From assembly GCF_054482525.1 (NCBI RefSeq), contig NZ_CM137006.1: a stretch of DNA of 64,000 bases, one strand, 5' to 3'. The position numbers and the translations under genes are program-made. The notes below the pieces were generated by a model. It was not told where the DNA came from, did not search any database, and saw nothing but the letters and a program-made list of their open reading frames with translations. Positions 11,844-23,160 of this stretch are shown here, piece after piece. Each line of letters begins with the position of its first letter. Position 1 is the first letter of the stretch.

Positions 11844-13322
11844 ATGAGCTTACGTGAAAAAACCATCAGCGGCGCGAAGTGGTCGGCGATTGCCACGGTG
11901 ATCATCATCGGCCTCGGGCTGGTGCAGATGACCGTGCTGGCGCGGATTATCGACAACCACCAGTTCGGTTTGCTTACCGTGTCGCTGGTGATCATCGCGC
12001 TGGCAGATACGCTTTCTGACTTCGGTATCGCTAACTCGATTATTCAGCGAAAAGAAATCAGCCACCTTGAACTCACCACGCTGTACTGGCTGAACGTCGG
12101 GCTGGGGATCGTGGTGTGCGTGGCGGTGTTTTTGTTGAGTGATCTCATCGGCGACGTGCTGAATAACCCGGACCTGGCACCGTTGATTAAAACATTGTCG
12201 CTGGCGTTTGTGGTGATCCCCCACGGGCAACAGTTCCGCGCGTTGATGCAGAAGGAACTGGAGTTCAACAAAATCGGCATGATCGAAACCAGCGCGGTGC
12301 TGGCGGGCTTCACTTTTACGGTGGTTAGCGCCCATTTCTGGCCGCTGGCGATGACTGCGATCCTCGGTTATCTGGTCAATAGTGCGGTAAGAACGCTGCT
12401 GTTTGGCTACTTTGGCCGCAAAATTTATCGCCCCGGTCTGCACTTCTCGCTGGCGTCGGTAGCACCGAACTTACGTTTTGGTGCCTGGCTGACGGCGGAC
12501 AGCATTATCAACTATCTCAATACCAACCTTTCAACGCTGGTGCTGGCGCGTATTCTCGGCGCGGGCGTGGCAGGGGGATACAACCTGGCGTACAACGTGG
12601 CCGTTGTGCCGCCGATGAAACTGAACCCAATCATCACCCGCGTGTTGTTTCCGGCATTTGCCAAAATTCAGGACGACACCGAAAAGCTGCGCGTCAACTT
12701 CTACAAGCTGCTGTCGGTGGTGGGGATTATCAACTTTCCGGCGCTGCTGGGGCTGATGGTGGTGTCGAATAACTTTGTACCGCTGGTCTTTGGTGAGAAG
12801 TGGAACAGCATTATTCCGGTGCTGCAATTGCTGTGTGTGGTGGGGCTGCTGCGCTCAGTGGGGAACCCGATTGGTTCGCTGCTGATGGCGAAAGCGCGGG
12901 TCGATATCAGCTTTAAATTCAACGTATTCAAAACCTTTCTGTTTATTCCGGCGATTGTTATTGGTGGGCAGATGGCGGGCGCGATCGGCGTCACGCTCGG
13001 CTTCCTGCTGGTGCAGATTATCAACACCATTCTGAGTTACTTCGTGATGATTAAACCGGTGCTCGGTTCCAGTTATCGCCAGTACATCCTGAGTTTATGG
13101 CTGCCGTTTTATCTCTCGCTGCCGACGCTGGTGGTCAGTTATGCGCTGGGCATTGTGCTGAAAGGGCAACTGGTGCTGGGGATGCTGCTGGCGGTGCAAA
13201 TAGCCGCAGGCGTGCTGGCGTTTGTGGTGATGATTGTGCTGTCGCGCCATCCGCTTGTGGTGGAAGTGAAGCGTCAGTTTTGTCGCAGCGAAAAAATGAA
13301 AATGCTTTTACGGGCGGGGTGA
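11844..13322 (+). CDS. wzxC: Colanic acid repeat-unit flippase WzxC
   Basis: 492 aa polytopic membrane protein of the polysaccharide-biosynthesis (Wzx) family; synteny. Confidence 0.9.
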   Translation: MSLREKTISGAKWSAIATVIIIGLGLVQMTVLARIIDNHQFGLLTVSLVIIALADTLSDFGIANSIIQRKEISHLELTTLYWLNVGLGIVVCVAVFLLSDLIGDVLNNPDLAPLIKTLSLAFVVIPHGQQFRALMQKELEFNKIGMIETSAVLAGFTFTVVSAHFWPLAMTAILGYLVNSAVRTLLFGYFGRKIYRPGLHFSLASVAPNLRFGAWLTADSIINYLNTNLSTLVLARILGAGVAGGYNLAYNVAVVPPMKLNPIITRVLFPAFAKIQDDTEKLRVNFYKLLSVVGIINFPALLGLMVVSNNFVPLVFGEKWNSIIPVLQLLCVVGLLRSVGNPIGSLLMAKARVDISFKFNVFKTFLFIPAIVIGGQMAGAIGVTLGFLLVQIINTILSYFVMIKPVLGSSYRQYILSLWLPFYLSLPTLVVSYALGIVLKGQLVLGMLLAVQIAAGVLAFVVMIVLSRHPLVVEVKRQFCRSEKMKMLLRAG

Positions 13323-13393
13323 GTTGTTGTTTTAGGCACTGGCAATAAAAACAACAACATAACCTCACCTGGCATCAAATTTATGAGGAAAAA

Positions 13394-14674
13394 ATGAAAT
13401 TACTTATTCTGGGCAACCACACTTGCGGCAATCGTGGCGACAGCGCCATCCTGCGAGGCTTACTTGATGCCATCAACATCCTCAATCCACATGCCGAAGT
13501 GGACGTGATGAGCCGCTATCCGGTCAGTTCTTCCTGGCTACTCAACCGCCCGGTAATGGGCGATCCGCTGTTCCTGCAAATGAAACAACATAACAGCGCG
13601 GCGGGCGTTGTCGGGCGCGTTAAAAAAGTCCTCCGTCGCCGCTACCAGCATCAGGTATTGCTCTCACGCGTCACCGACACTGGCAAGCTGCGTAATATCG
13701 CCATCGCCCAGGGATTCACCGACTTCGTGCGCCTGCTGTCAGGTTACGACGCCATTATTCAGGTCGGCGGATCGTTTTTTGTCGATCTCTACGGCGTGCC
13801 GCAGTTTGAACATGCGCTTTGCACGTTTATGGCGAAAAAGCCGCTGTTTATGATTGGTCACAGCGTCGGCCCCTTCCAGGATGAGCAATTTAACCAACTG
13901 GCGAACTACGTTTTCGGTCACTGTGACGCGCTGATCCTGCGCGAGTCGGTTAGCCTCGATCTAATGAAACGCAGCAATATCACCACTGCAAAAGTGGAAC
14001 ATGGCGTCGATACCGCGTGGCTGGTCGATCACCACACAGAAGATTTCACCGCCAGCTATGCCGTCCAACACTGGCTGGACGTTGCCGCACAACAGAAAAC
14101 GGTGGCAATTACCCTGCGCGAACTGGCACCGTTCGACAAACGTCTCGGCACCACTCAACAAGCGTATGAAAAAGCCTTTGCCGGGTTGGTCAATCGCATT
14201 CTCGACGAAGGGTATCAGGTGATTGCGCTCTCCACCTGTACGGGCATCGACAGCTATAACAAAGACGACCGCATGGTGGCGCTCAACCTGCGCCAGCACA
14301 TCAGCGATCCTGCCCGTTATCACGTAGTGATGGATGAACTCAACGATCTGGAAATGGGCAAAATTCTCGGTGCCTGTGAACTCACCGTCGGTACGCGCCT
14401 GCACTCGGCTATTATCTCGATGAACTTTGCCACTCCGGCAATTGCCATCAACTATGAACATAAATCCGCCGGGATTATGCAGCAGCTGGGGCTGCAAGAG
14501 ATGGCGATTGATATCCGTCATTTATTAGACGGCAGCCTGCAAGCGATGGTTGCGGATACCTTAGGCCAGCTTCCGGCGCTGAATGCGCGACTTAGTGAAG
14601 CCGTCAGTCGTGAGCGTCAGACAGGAATGCAGATGGTGCAGTCAGTGCTTGAGCGCATCGGGGAGGCGAAATGA
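13394..14674 (+). CDS. wcaK: Colanic acid pyruvyl transferase WcaK
   Basis: 426 aa; polysaccharide pyruvyl transferase-like; synteny. Confidence 0.88.
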   Translation: MKLLILGNHTCGNRGDSAILRGLLDAINILNPHAEVDVMSRYPVSSSWLLNRPVMGDPLFLQMKQHNSAAGVVGRVKKVLRRRYQHQVLLSRVTDTGKLRNIAIAQGFTDFVRLLSGYDAIIQVGGSFFVDLYGVPQFEHALCTFMAKKPLFMIGHSVGPFQDEQFNQLANYVFGHCDALILRESVSLDLMKRSNITTAKVEHGVDTAWLVDHHTEDFTASYAVQHWLDVAAQQKTVAITLRELAPFDKRLGTTQQAYEKAFAGLVNRILDEGYQVIALSTCTGIDSYNKDDRMVALNLRQHISDPARYHVVMDELNDLEMGKILGACELTVGTRLHSAIISMNFATPAIAINYEHKSAGIMQQLGLQEMAIDIRHLLDGSLQAMVADTLGQLPALNARLSEAVSRERQTGMQMVQSVLERIGEAK

Positions 14675-15891
14675 AGGTCGGCTTCTTTTTACTGAAATTC
14701 CCGCTGTCGTCAGAAACCTTCGTCCTCAACCAAATCACTGCGTTTATTGATATGGGCTTTGAGGTGGAGATTGTCGCGCTGCAAAAAGGCGACACCCAGA
14801 ACACCCACGCGGCATGGACGAAATACAACCTTGCCGCCAGAACCCGCTGGTTACAGGACGAACCTACGGGCAAAGTGGCGAAGCTGCGCCACCGCGCCAG
14901 CCAGACCTTACGCGGCATTCATCGTAAAAATACCTGGCAGGCGCTCAACCTCAAACGCTATGGTGCCGAGTCGCGGAACCTGATTTTGTCTGCCATTTGC
15001 GGCCAGGTCGCAACACCGTTTCGCGCCGATGTGTTCATCGCTCATTTTGGCCCGGCGGGGGTAACCGCAGCAAAACTACGGGAACTGGGTGTCATTCGCG
15101 GCAAAATCGCTACTATCTTCCACGGCATTGATATCTCCAGTCGGGAAGTGCTCAACCACTACACCCCCGAATATCAGCAACTGTTTCGCCGTGGCGATTT
15201 GATGCTACCGATAAGCGAGCTGTGGGCCGGAAGGCTGCAAAAAATGGGCTGCCCGAGGGAAAAAATCGCCGTATCGCGCATGGGCGTGGACATGACGCGC
15301 TTTAGCCCGCGTCCGGTGAAAGCGCCCGCAACGCCGCTGGAAATCATTTCCGTCGCACGCTTAACCGAGAAAAAAGGCCTGCATGTGGCGATTGAAGCCT
15401 GCCGTCAGTTGAAAGAGCAGGGCGTGGCATTTCGCTATCGCATCCTCGGCATTGGCCCGTGGGAACGACGCCTGCGCACCCTCATCGAACAATATCAACT
15501 GGAAGATGTGGTGGAGATGCCGGGCTTTAAACCGAGCCATGAAGTGAAAGCGATGCTCGATGACGCGGATGTCTTCCTGTTGCCATCGGTAACGGGTGCG
15601 GACGGTGATATGGAAGGTATTCCGGTGGCACTAATGGAAGCGATGGCGGTCGGCATTCCAGTAGTTTCCACTCTGCATAGCGGAATACCGGAACTGGTAG
15701 AGGCCGATAAATCCGGCTGGCTGGTGCCTGAGAACGATGCTCGCGCACTGGCGCAACGACTGGCGGCGTTTAGCCAACTGGACACCGACGAACTGGCTCC
15801 GGTCGTCAAACGCGCACGCGAAAAAGTCGAACACGATTTTAACCAGCAGGTGATCAATCGAGAACTCGCCAGCTTGCTGCAGGCTTTATAG
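14671..15891 (+). CDS. wcaL: Colanic acid biosynthesis glycosyltransferase WcaL (GT4)
   Basis: 406 aa; GT4 motif region ([28 protein letters not shown]); 4-bp overlap with wcaK. Confidence 0.88.
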   Translation: MKVGFFLLKFPLSSETFVLNQITAFIDMGFEVEIVALQKGDTQNTHAAWTKYNLAARTRWLQDEPTGKVAKLRHRASQTLRGIHRKNTWQALNLKRYGAESRNLILSAICGQVATPFRADVFIAHFGPAGVTAAKLRELGVIRGKIATIFHGIDISSREVLNHYTPEYQQLFRRGDLMLPISELWAGRLQKMGCPREKIAVSRMGVDMTRFSPRPVKAPATPLEIISVARLTEKKGLHVAIEACRQLKEQGVAFRYRILGIGPWERRLRTLIEQYQLEDVVEMPGFKPSHEVKAMLDDADVFLLPSVTGADGDMEGIPVALMEAMAVGIPVVSTLHSGIPELVEADKSGWLVPENDARALAQRLAAFSQLDTDELAPVVKRAREKVEHDFNQQVINRELASLLQAL

Positions 15892-15901
15892 AGGAGAACG
15901 C

Positions 15902-17296
15902 ATGCCATTTAAAAAACTCTCCCGACGCACCTTCCTGACGGCAAGCTCGGCGCTTGCCTTCCTCCATACCCCTTTCGCTCGCGCACTTCCCGACCAACAG
16001 AGCGTTAACATTAACGACTACAACCCTCACGACTGGATCGCCTCATTTAAACAAGCCTTCAGCGAAGGGCAAACAGTCGTCGTGCCTGCCGGATTGGTTT
16101 GCGACAATATCAACACCGGCATCTTCATTCCTCCTGGCAAAACGTTACACATCCTTGGAAGCCTGCGCGGCAACGGCAGAGGGCGATTTGTTTTACAGGA
16201 CGGCAGCCAGGTGACAGGGGAGGAGGGCGGCAGTATGCATAACATCACCCTGGATGTGCGTGGTTCTGACTGCACCATCAAAGGGTTGGCGATGAGCGGC
16301 TTTGGCCCGGTAACGCAGATTTATATCGGCGGCAAAAACAAACGGGTCATGCGCAACCTGACCATCGATAACTTGACCGTTAGCCACGCTAATTACGCCA
16401 TTTTACGCCAGGGATTTCATAACCAGATTATCGGTGCCAACATCACCAACTGTAAGTTCAGCGACTTACAGGGCGACGCCATTGAATGGAACGTGGCAAT
16501 TAACGACAGTGATATTTTGATTTCCGACCACATCATCGAGCGCATCAACTGTACTAACGGAAAAATCAACTGGGGCATTGGCATAGGCCTTGCGGGAAGT
16601 ACCTACAATAACAATTACCCGGAAGACCAGACAGTGAAAAATTTTGTTGTGGCGAATATCACGGGATCGGATTGTCGGCAGTTGATACATGTTGAAAATG
16701 GTAAACATTTTGTTATTCGTAATATCAAAGCCCGCAATATCACACCGGATTTCAGTAAGAAAGCAGGTATTGATAACGCCACAGTTGCTATTTATGGTTG
16801 TGACAACTTTGTGATTGATAATATTGAAATGATTAATAGTGCCGGGATGTTAATCGGCTATGGGGTAATTAAAGGCAAATATCTCTCGATACCGCAGAAT
16901 TTCCGGGTGAATAATATTCAACTGGATAATACTCATCTTGCTTATAAATTGCGCGGCATTCAAATCTCCGCCGGGAATGCTGTCTCCTTTGTGGCGCTGA
17001 CTAACATTGAGATGAAGCGTGCGTCGCTGGAGTTACACAACAAACCGCAACATCTTTTTATGCGTAATATCAATGTGATGCAGGAATCCTCAGTTGGACC
17101 CGCATTGAGCATGAACTTCGACATGCGCAAAGACGTACGAGGTGTCTTTATGGCGAAAAAAGAAACACTGCTATCTCTTGCAAATGTTCATGCGGTGAAT
17201 GAAAGAGGGCAAAGCTCTGTCGATATCGACAGGATTAATCACCATATTGTTAATGTGGAAAAGATTAACTTTAGATTGCCGGAACGGAGGGAGTAG
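15902..17296 (+). CDS. wcaM: Colanic acid biosynthesis protein WcaM (secreted, beta-helix-like)
   Basis: 464 aa; N-terminal signal/Tat-like ([13 protein letters not shown]); last gene of wca cluster by synteny. Confidence 0.88.
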   Translation: MPFKKLSRRTFLTASSALAFLHTPFARALPDQQSVNINDYNPHDWIASFKQAFSEGQTVVVPAGLVCDNINTGIFIPPGKTLHILGSLRGNGRGRFVLQDGSQVTGEEGGSMHNITLDVRGSDCTIKGLAMSGFGPVTQIYIGGKNKRVMRNLTIDNLTVSHANYAILRQGFHNQIIGANITNCKFSDLQGDAIEWNVAINDSDILISDHIIERINCTNGKINWGIGIGLAGSTYNNNYPEDQTVKNFVVANITGSDCRQLIHVENGKHFVIRNIKARNITPDFSKKAGIDNATVAIYGCDNFVIDNIEMINSAGMLIGYGVIKGKYLSIPQNFRVNNIQLDNTHLAYKLRGIQISAGNAVSFVALTNIEMKRASLELHNKPQHLFMRNINVMQESSVGPALSMNFDMRKDVRGVFMAKKETLLSLANVHAVNERGQSSVDIDRINHHIVNVEKINFRLPERRE

Positions 17297-17453
17297 ATTT
17301 GCGACCATTCATAAACTTACTGGATATAATGTTCTAAAAGATTATAATCCTCACACTAACTGTTAAAGCTGGGGCTGGGCAGCATTGACTACTCAGGGAA
17401 GGTACTCATCTTTATCTTGTGTTTCTTACGTAACAACCAGACTAAAGTGATTT

Positions 17454-18449
17454 ATGAACGATAACGTTTTGCTCATAGGAGCTTCCGGATTCGTAGGAAC
17501 CCGACTACTTGAAACGGCAATTGCTGACTTTAATATCAAGAACCTGGACAAACAGCAGAGCCACTTTTATCCAGAAATCACACAGATTGGCGATGTTCGT
17601 GATCAACAGACACTCGACCAGGCGTTAGCCGGTTTTGACACTGTTGTACTACTGGCAGCGGAACACCGCGATGATGTCAGTCCTACTTCTCTCTATTATG
17701 ATGTCAACGTTCAGGGTACCCGCAATGTACTGGCGGCCATGGAAAAAAATGGCGTTAAAAATATCATCTTTACCAGTTCCGTTGCTGTTTATGGTTTGAA
17801 CAAACACAACCCTGACGAAAACCATCCACACGACCCTTTCAACCACTACGGCAAAAGTAAGTGGCAGGCAGAGGAGGTGCTGCGTGAATGGTATAACAAA
17901 GCACCAACAGAACGTTCATTAACCATCATCCGTCCTACCGTTATCTTCGGTGAACGCAACCGCGGTAACGTCTATAACTTGCTGAAACAGATCGCTGGCG
18001 GCAAGTTTATGATGGTGGGCGCAGGGACTAACTATAAGTCCATGGCTTATGTTGGAAACATTGTTGAGTTTATTAAGTACAAACTGAAGAATGTTGCCGC
18101 AGGTTATGAGGTTTATAACTACGTTGATAAGCCAGACCTGAACATGAACCAGTTGGTTGCTGAAGTTGAACAAAGCCTGAACAAAAAGATCCCTTCTATG
18201 CACTTGCCTTACCCACTAGGAATGCTGGGTGGATATTGCTTTGATATCCTGAGCAAAATTACGGGCAAAAAATACGCTGTCAGCTCTGTGCGCGTGAAAA
18301 AATTCTGCGCAACTACACAGTTTGACGCAACGAAAGTGCATTCTTCAGGTTTTGTGGCACCGTATACGCTGTCGCAAGGTCTGGATCGAACTCTGCAGTA
18401 TGAATTCGTCCATGCCAAAAAAGACGACATAACGTTTGTTTCTGAGTAA
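17454..18449 (+). CDS. gne: NAD-dependent sugar 4-epimerase (Gne-type; UDP-GlcNAc/GalNAc-related epimerase)
   Basis: 331 aa; N-terminal Rossmann GASGFVG; SDR-like YGKSK; located between wcaM and galF, where K-12 as I recall it has no gene but other E. coli lineages carry gne. Confidence 0.75.
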   Translation: MNDNVLLIGASGFVGTRLLETAIADFNIKNLDKQQSHFYPEITQIGDVRDQQTLDQALAGFDTVVLLAAEHRDDVSPTSLYYDVNVQGTRNVLAAMEKNGVKNIIFTSSVAVYGLNKHNPDENHPHDPFNHYGKSKWQAEEVLREWYNKAPTERSLTIIRPTVIFGERNRGNVYNLLKQIAGGKFMMVGAGTNYKSMAYVGNIVEFIKYKLKNVAAGYEVYNYVDKPDLNMNQLVAEVEQSLNKKIPSMHLPYPLGMLGGYCFDILSKITGKKYAVSSVRVKKFCATTQFDATKVHSSGFVAPYTLSQGLDRTLQYEFVHAKKDDITFVSE

Positions 18450-18691
18450 TGCAGACGAGTCAGAGAAAAAAGGACCAGGTTAGACTACGATTATTCGGAA
18501 AGAGGTACTGATTAAATTATCAGTATGTGGATTTCCGAGTAATCCGAGTAACCCAGATGCTGATGGTGTGTAGTGTTATCGTAAGGTTTAATCAAAGTTA
18601 TGCGGAGCTAAGCTTTGGTATATAGCCATAACGTTTGGCTAACCTATGGCAATAATTTACGCACTATCAGCCACTTAGAGGTAGGAAAAGA

Positions 18692-19585
18692 ATGACGAAT
18701 TTAAAAGCAGTTATACCGGTAGCAGGTCTTGGGATGCATATGTTGCCTGCCACTAAGGCGATACCCAAAGAGATGCTACCGATCGTCGACAAGCCAATGA
18801 TTCAGTACATTGTTGACGAGATTGTGGCTGCAGGGATCAAAGAAATCCTCCTGGTAACTCATGCGTCCAAGAACGCGGTCGAAAACCACTTCGACACCTC
18901 TTATGAATTAGAATCTCTCCTTGAACAGCGCGTGAAGCGTCAGCTGCTGGCGGAAGTGCAGTCGATCTGTCCACCGGGAGTGACCATTATGAACGTGCGT
19001 CAGGGCGAACCTTTAGGTTTAGGCCACTCCATTTTGTGTGCGCGACCCGCCATTGGCGACAACCCATTTGTCGTGGTACTGCCAGACGTAGTGATCGACG
19101 ACGCCAGCGCCGACCCGCTGCGCTACAACCTTGCTGCCATGATTGCGCGCTTCAATGAAACGGGCCGTAGCCAGGTGCTGGCAAAACGTATGCCGGGTGA
19201 CCTTTCTGAATACTCCGTTATTCAGACCAAAGAGCCGCTGGATCGTGAAGGCAAAGTCAGCCGCATTGTTGAATTTATCGAAAAACCGGATCAGCCGCAG
19301 ACGCTGGACTCAGACATCATGGCCGTTGGTCGCTATGTGCTTTCTGCGGATATTTGGCCGGAACTTGAACGCACTCAACCTGGTGCATGGGGGCGTATTC
19401 AGCTGACTGATGCCATTGCTGAACTGGCGAAAAAACAGTCCGTTGATGCAATGCTGATGACCGGTGACAGTTACGATTGTGGCAAGAAAATGGGCTATAT
19501 GCAGGCGTTTGTGAAGTATGGACTGCGCAACCTGAAAGAAGGGGCGAAGTTCCGTAAAGGTATTGAAAAGCTGTTAAGCGAATAA
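18692..19585 (+). CDS. galF: UTP-glucose-1-phosphate uridylyltransferase regulatory subunit GalF
   Basis: 297 aa; nucleotidyltransferase motif [23 protein letters not shown]; flanks O-antigen cluster as expected. Confidence 0.95.
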   Translation: MTNLKAVIPVAGLGMHMLPATKAIPKEMLPIVDKPMIQYIVDEIVAAGIKEILLVTHASKNAVENHFDTSYELESLLEQRVKRQLLAEVQSICPPGVTIMNVRQGEPLGLGHSILCARPAIGDNPFVVVLPDVVIDDASADPLRYNLAAMIARFNETGRSQVLAKRMPGDLSEYSVIQTKEPLDREGKVSRIVEFIEKPDQPQTLDSDIMAVGRYVLSADIWPELERTQPGAWGRIQLTDAIAELAKKQSVDAMLMTGDSYDCGKKMGYMQAFVKYGLRNLKEGAKFRKGIEKLLSE

Positions 19586-19838
19586 TGAAAATCTGACCGG
19601 ATGTAACGGTTGATAAGAAAATTATAACGGCGGTGAGGATTCGTGGGGCTAATTGTACTCATTGCCTCATTCTTTCTTTATACCGTTCTAAATATGAGTA
19701 ACAATAACTTTTCAATAGGCATTTATTGTGGGAGGCTGAGATTTTCTCCATCTCTGAAGCGATTTGGTAAAACGTTCAGAGTTAAGCTTTTCGAACTAAC
19801 CATAACGGTTAATGCTAGTTACAACTAGGACATGCATG

Positions 19839-19877
19839 CAGTACGCTGGTAGCTGTTGAGCCAGGGGCGGTAGCGTG
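19839..19877 (+). promoter_or_regulatory. JUMPstart element with ops site (GGCGGTAGCGTG) for RfaH-dependent antitermination
   Basis: Sequence cagtacgctggtagctgttgagccaggggcggtagcgtg read directly; 39-bp JUMPstart consensus ending in the 12-bp ops motif, ~80 bp upstream of the first O-antigen gene. Confidence 0.85.
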
Positions 19878-19957
19878 AATTAAATGTTTATCCCATATTA
19901 CTTAACAAATTGTAAACTATCGTGCAAAATAAGACTTGTTAAGTACGTAGGCTCGTT

Positions 19958-21193
19958 ATGTTAAAAAACATCATCTATTTATTAAGCGTTCAAGGTGGCA
20001 ATTATATATTTCCATTGGTCACACTGCCTTATCTTGTCAGGATCCTTGAACCTACAGGATACGGGATATATGGGTATAGTTTTGCTGTGGTCCAATATTT
20101 TATATTATTTATTGATTACGGATTTAACTACTCAGCGCCCAAAATCATATCAATATCAAGGGAAAATACTGATTCCATAAGTAAAGTTTTTTGGAATGTA
20201 ACGTTTATCAAAATAATTGCAGCATCTCTTGGTTTGTTAATTATTTATTTAATTTCGGAATTGAATATCATTGATTACCAAATTAAATTTATCATTCTTG
20301 CATACATATCTGTCGTAGGAAATTTAATATATCCAGTATGGTTTTTTCAAGGGCTGGAAAAAATGTTAGGAATAGCGATAAGTATGTTTTCCGCACGCTT
20401 ACTTACACTATGTTTAACATTTTTATTGGTTAAAAGTGAAAAGGATCTTGGTATAGCGATAACAATACAATCATCAATAACAGTTATTGCAGGTATAATA
20501 TCTACATATTTTTTATTTTCTCTTAAAAAAATAATATGGGTACCACCATCCTTATCCAAAATGAAAGAGTTAATTTATGATGGATGGCATTACTTCATTT
20601 CCTCTGCAGCAATAAGCCTTTATACTACTAGTTCAACAATAATATTAGGTGCATTATCAGGAACAACTGCAGTGGGATATTTTATCGCTGCAGATAAAAT
20701 TAGGCTTGCACTACAAGGCGTTATTGGTCCTATAACCCAAGCTGTTTTTCCTAGAGTAACTTATATAATGAAGGATAATCATGACGATGGACTATTATTA
20801 GCCAGGAAAGTGTTTCGATGGCAATTTTCACTGATGTTCGTACTTTCCATATTTCTTTACTTTTTTGCAGACGATATAATTTTAATCATGTATGGAAAAA
20901 CGTATCATGAATCTTTAGAAATACTCAAGGTTTTAGCTTTTACTCCAGCAATAGTTACGGTAAGTAATTATATTGCAATTTTAGTAATGATCCCTATTGG
21001 TATGAAAAAAGAATTTACAAAAATTATTACTACCAGTGGATTAATAGGCCTACTGATAATTACTTATTTGACTAATGAATACTCAGGAGTTGGTACAGCA
21101 ATAGGAGTTATTTCAACTGAGTTTATAATAATGGCGAGATTTTACTTTTTGATTAAGAAAACAAATAAATTAAATAATTTAAATTTATTGTAG
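19958..21193 (+). CDS. wzx: O-antigen flippase Wzx
   Basis: 411 aa, ~12 predicted TM segments, polysaccharide biosynthesis protein family N-terminus; AT-rich; first gene after JUMPstart. Confidence 0.75.
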   Translation: MLKNIIYLLSVQGGNYIFPLVTLPYLVRILEPTGYGIYGYSFAVVQYFILFIDYGFNYSAPKIISISRENTDSISKVFWNVTFIKIIAASLGLLIIYLISELNIIDYQIKFIILAYISVVGNLIYPVWFFQGLEKMLGIAISMFSARLLTLCLTFLLVKSEKDLGIAITIQSSITVIAGIISTYFLFSLKKIIWVPPSLSKMKELIYDGWHYFISSAAISLYTTSSTIILGALSGTTAVGYFIAADKIRLALQGVIGPITQAVFPRVTYIMKDNHDDGLLLARKVFRWQFSLMFVLSIFLYFFADDIILIMYGKTYHESLEILKVLAFTPAIVTVSNYIAILVMIPIGMKKEFTKIITTSGLIGLLIITYLTNEYSGVGTAIGVISTEFIIMARFYFLIKKTNKLNNLNLL

Positions 21194-21201
21194 GGCTAAC
21201 A

Positions 21202-21927
21202 ATGAATAAACCAACTTTAACAATAGTTACCGTTGTGTACAATGGCGAAATGTATATCGAAGATACTATAAAAAGTGTCTTATCACAAAACTGCAATGAT
21301 GACATTGAATATATTATAATTGATGGTGCATCAACGGATAATACTCTAAATATTGTTAATTCTTACAAAAATGAAATTTCATATATCATTTCTGAAAATG
21401 ATAATGGTATATATGATGCAATGAATAAAGGTGTGTTAAAAGCATCTGGAAATTATATAGGATTTATAAACGCTGATGATTTTTATAATAAAGATGTATT
21501 ATGTCAAGTAATAAAAGTAATGAAAGAAAATAAATATGATGTTATTTATGGAAATATGTCTTTGGTAGAGGCTGATAGCTTGGATGTTATTCAGGTCCGG
21601 AGGCCTAAAGACTGGAAACTACATATAGATATGAATTTAAGCCATCCGGCCACATTTATTAGAAAAGATATCCACAGAGAAAATTTATTTAATACTAGCT
21701 ATAAAATTGCTTCTGATTATGATCTTTTGCTAAAATTGAAGAAACAAGGTTATATCTTTCATTATATTGATAAAAATATCTCTTCGATGAGAAATGCCGG
21801 CCTTAGCGCTAAAAATGTAAAATTAGCATTGGAGGAAGCGAGACAAATCCGAAAGAAAAGAAACGGGAAATTATATGCGGCGTTAGCAGATATTTACCTA
21901 TTTATGAGAAAAGTTATAAAAAGATGA
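21202..21927 (+). CDS. Glycosyltransferase family 2 (WcaE-like)
   Basis: 241 aa; motifs IIDGASTDNT and [11 protein letters not shown] shared with WcaE (2355..3101). Confidence 0.8.
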   Translation: MNKPTLTIVTVVYNGEMYIEDTIKSVLSQNCNDDIEYIIIDGASTDNTLNIVNSYKNEISYIISENDNGIYDAMNKGVLKASGNYIGFINADDFYNKDVLCQVIKVMKENKYDVIYGNMSLVEADSLDVIQVRRPKDWKLHIDMNLSHPATFIRKDIHRENLFNTSYKIASDYDLLLKLKKQGYIFHYIDKNISSMRNAGLSAKNVKLALEEARQIRKKRNGKLYAALADIYLFMRKVIKR

Positions 21928-23159
21928 TTAATAGAAACATAAAAATTAGTGCTTCATTTATTTCAATAATTTATTTGCCTTTTGCTTTATTATTAGCAAT
22001 GATTGAAATGATTAATGGGGCCAGATGGAGTGTTTATGTATGTTCATTTATGCTAGGGGTACTAGCATTTTTGTTAATACCTTATGAAAATTGGGATTTG
22101 ACTAGGCATTATGAAACATATTTATATGTTAGTCAAACATCACTAAACAAAGTTTTTGAAAATAGTGACAATAGATATATTACAATAAATACTGTTATTT
22201 ATTTATTTAAATCTTTAGGAATAAAAAAAGAATTTTTACCTTTTTTTTCAACATTTTTATCATATATTTTTTATTTTAATATATATGTTAATCACATTAA
22301 AAAATACAATCCGGAATTATCTCATAGATGTATATATTTATATATTCTAATAAGCGTAATCCCATTTTTTGCTATAGCTAGTTCATTGCGGCAATATCTT
22401 GCATTTAGTATTATGCTTTATATGATCATACAGTATTTCACCAGTGAAAATAATAGGTATAAGTCACAAAAAATTATATTCTCTGCAATTATTTCATGTT
22501 GTATTCATCCCAGCGCAATACTATTGCTAGGTGTTTTTTTTGTTAGCAAATTAATAAGACTTAACAAAACAATATTGTATTTAATAATATTAGTTCTAAT
22601 CCTTAACCATGATGGATTAATATCTTCTTTGCTATTTCAATTGATTAGGCCATTATTGGAAAGCTTAGGTTTTTACTTTCCCGAATATATGGACTCTGTA
22701 ACCATAGGCATAAGCAATAGCTTGCTGAGCACTAATGAATATATCTTGAATAAGATCATATTACCGTCAGTGTTTTTTATTTTTACTTTTATCTATTTAA
22801 TTTTATTTAATAAAAAAATGACGAGGCAAGAGTCACAAATCAAAAATTTTTGCAGTTTACTTCTTTTGCTGATATGCCTTTTATCGTTATCGCCTGATTT
22901 ATTTTATCGATTTTCCATTTTCTGGGTGTTATTATATAGTTATATATTTTTCTCCTACGATATTAATAAAATTAGCAAACTATGTAAGCATCTGATCTTC
23001 TTAATACTCATTACCGCATGTTCAATCATAAATTTGGCACAGGCAAATATGGGTAAAGATATTATTTATGTGTCTTGGTGCGATATATTGTATAAGCCCT
23101 CATTATTCCTATTCAATAAAGAAGTTAAATCAGCAGAATATATAAGAGTGAGTCAATAA
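21924..23159 (+). CDS. wzy: O-antigen polymerase Wzy (putative)
   Basis: 411 aa, very hydrophobic, multiple TM helices, no soluble-enzyme motifs, very AT-rich; typical of Wzy in O-antigen clusters. Confidence 0.6.
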   Translation: MINRNIKISASFISIIYLPFALLLAMIEMINGARWSVYVCSFMLGVLAFLLIPYENWDLTRHYETYLYVSQTSLNKVFENSDNRYITINTVIYLFKSLGIKKEFLPFFSTFLSYIFYFNIYVNHIKKYNPELSHRCIYLYILISVIPFFAIASSLRQYLAFSIMLYMIIQYFTSENNRYKSQKIIFSAIISCCIHPSAILLLGVFFVSKLIRLNKTILYLIILVLILNHDGLISSLLFQLIRPLLESLGFYFPEYMDSVTIGISNSLLSTNEYILNKIILPSVFFIFTFIYLILFNKKMTRQESQIKNFCSLLLLLICLLSLSPDLFYRFSIFWVLLYSYIFFSYDINKISKLCKHLIFLILITACSIINLAQANMGKDIIYVSWCDILYKPSLFLFNKEVKSAEYIRVSQ

Positions 23160-23160
23160 A

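Noticed and set aside
19643-19828. 61-aa ORF in the galF-wzx intergenic region
   Set aside because: It lies in the promoter/JUMPstart leader, is AT-rich with low-complexity translation and has no RBS; most likely non-coding.
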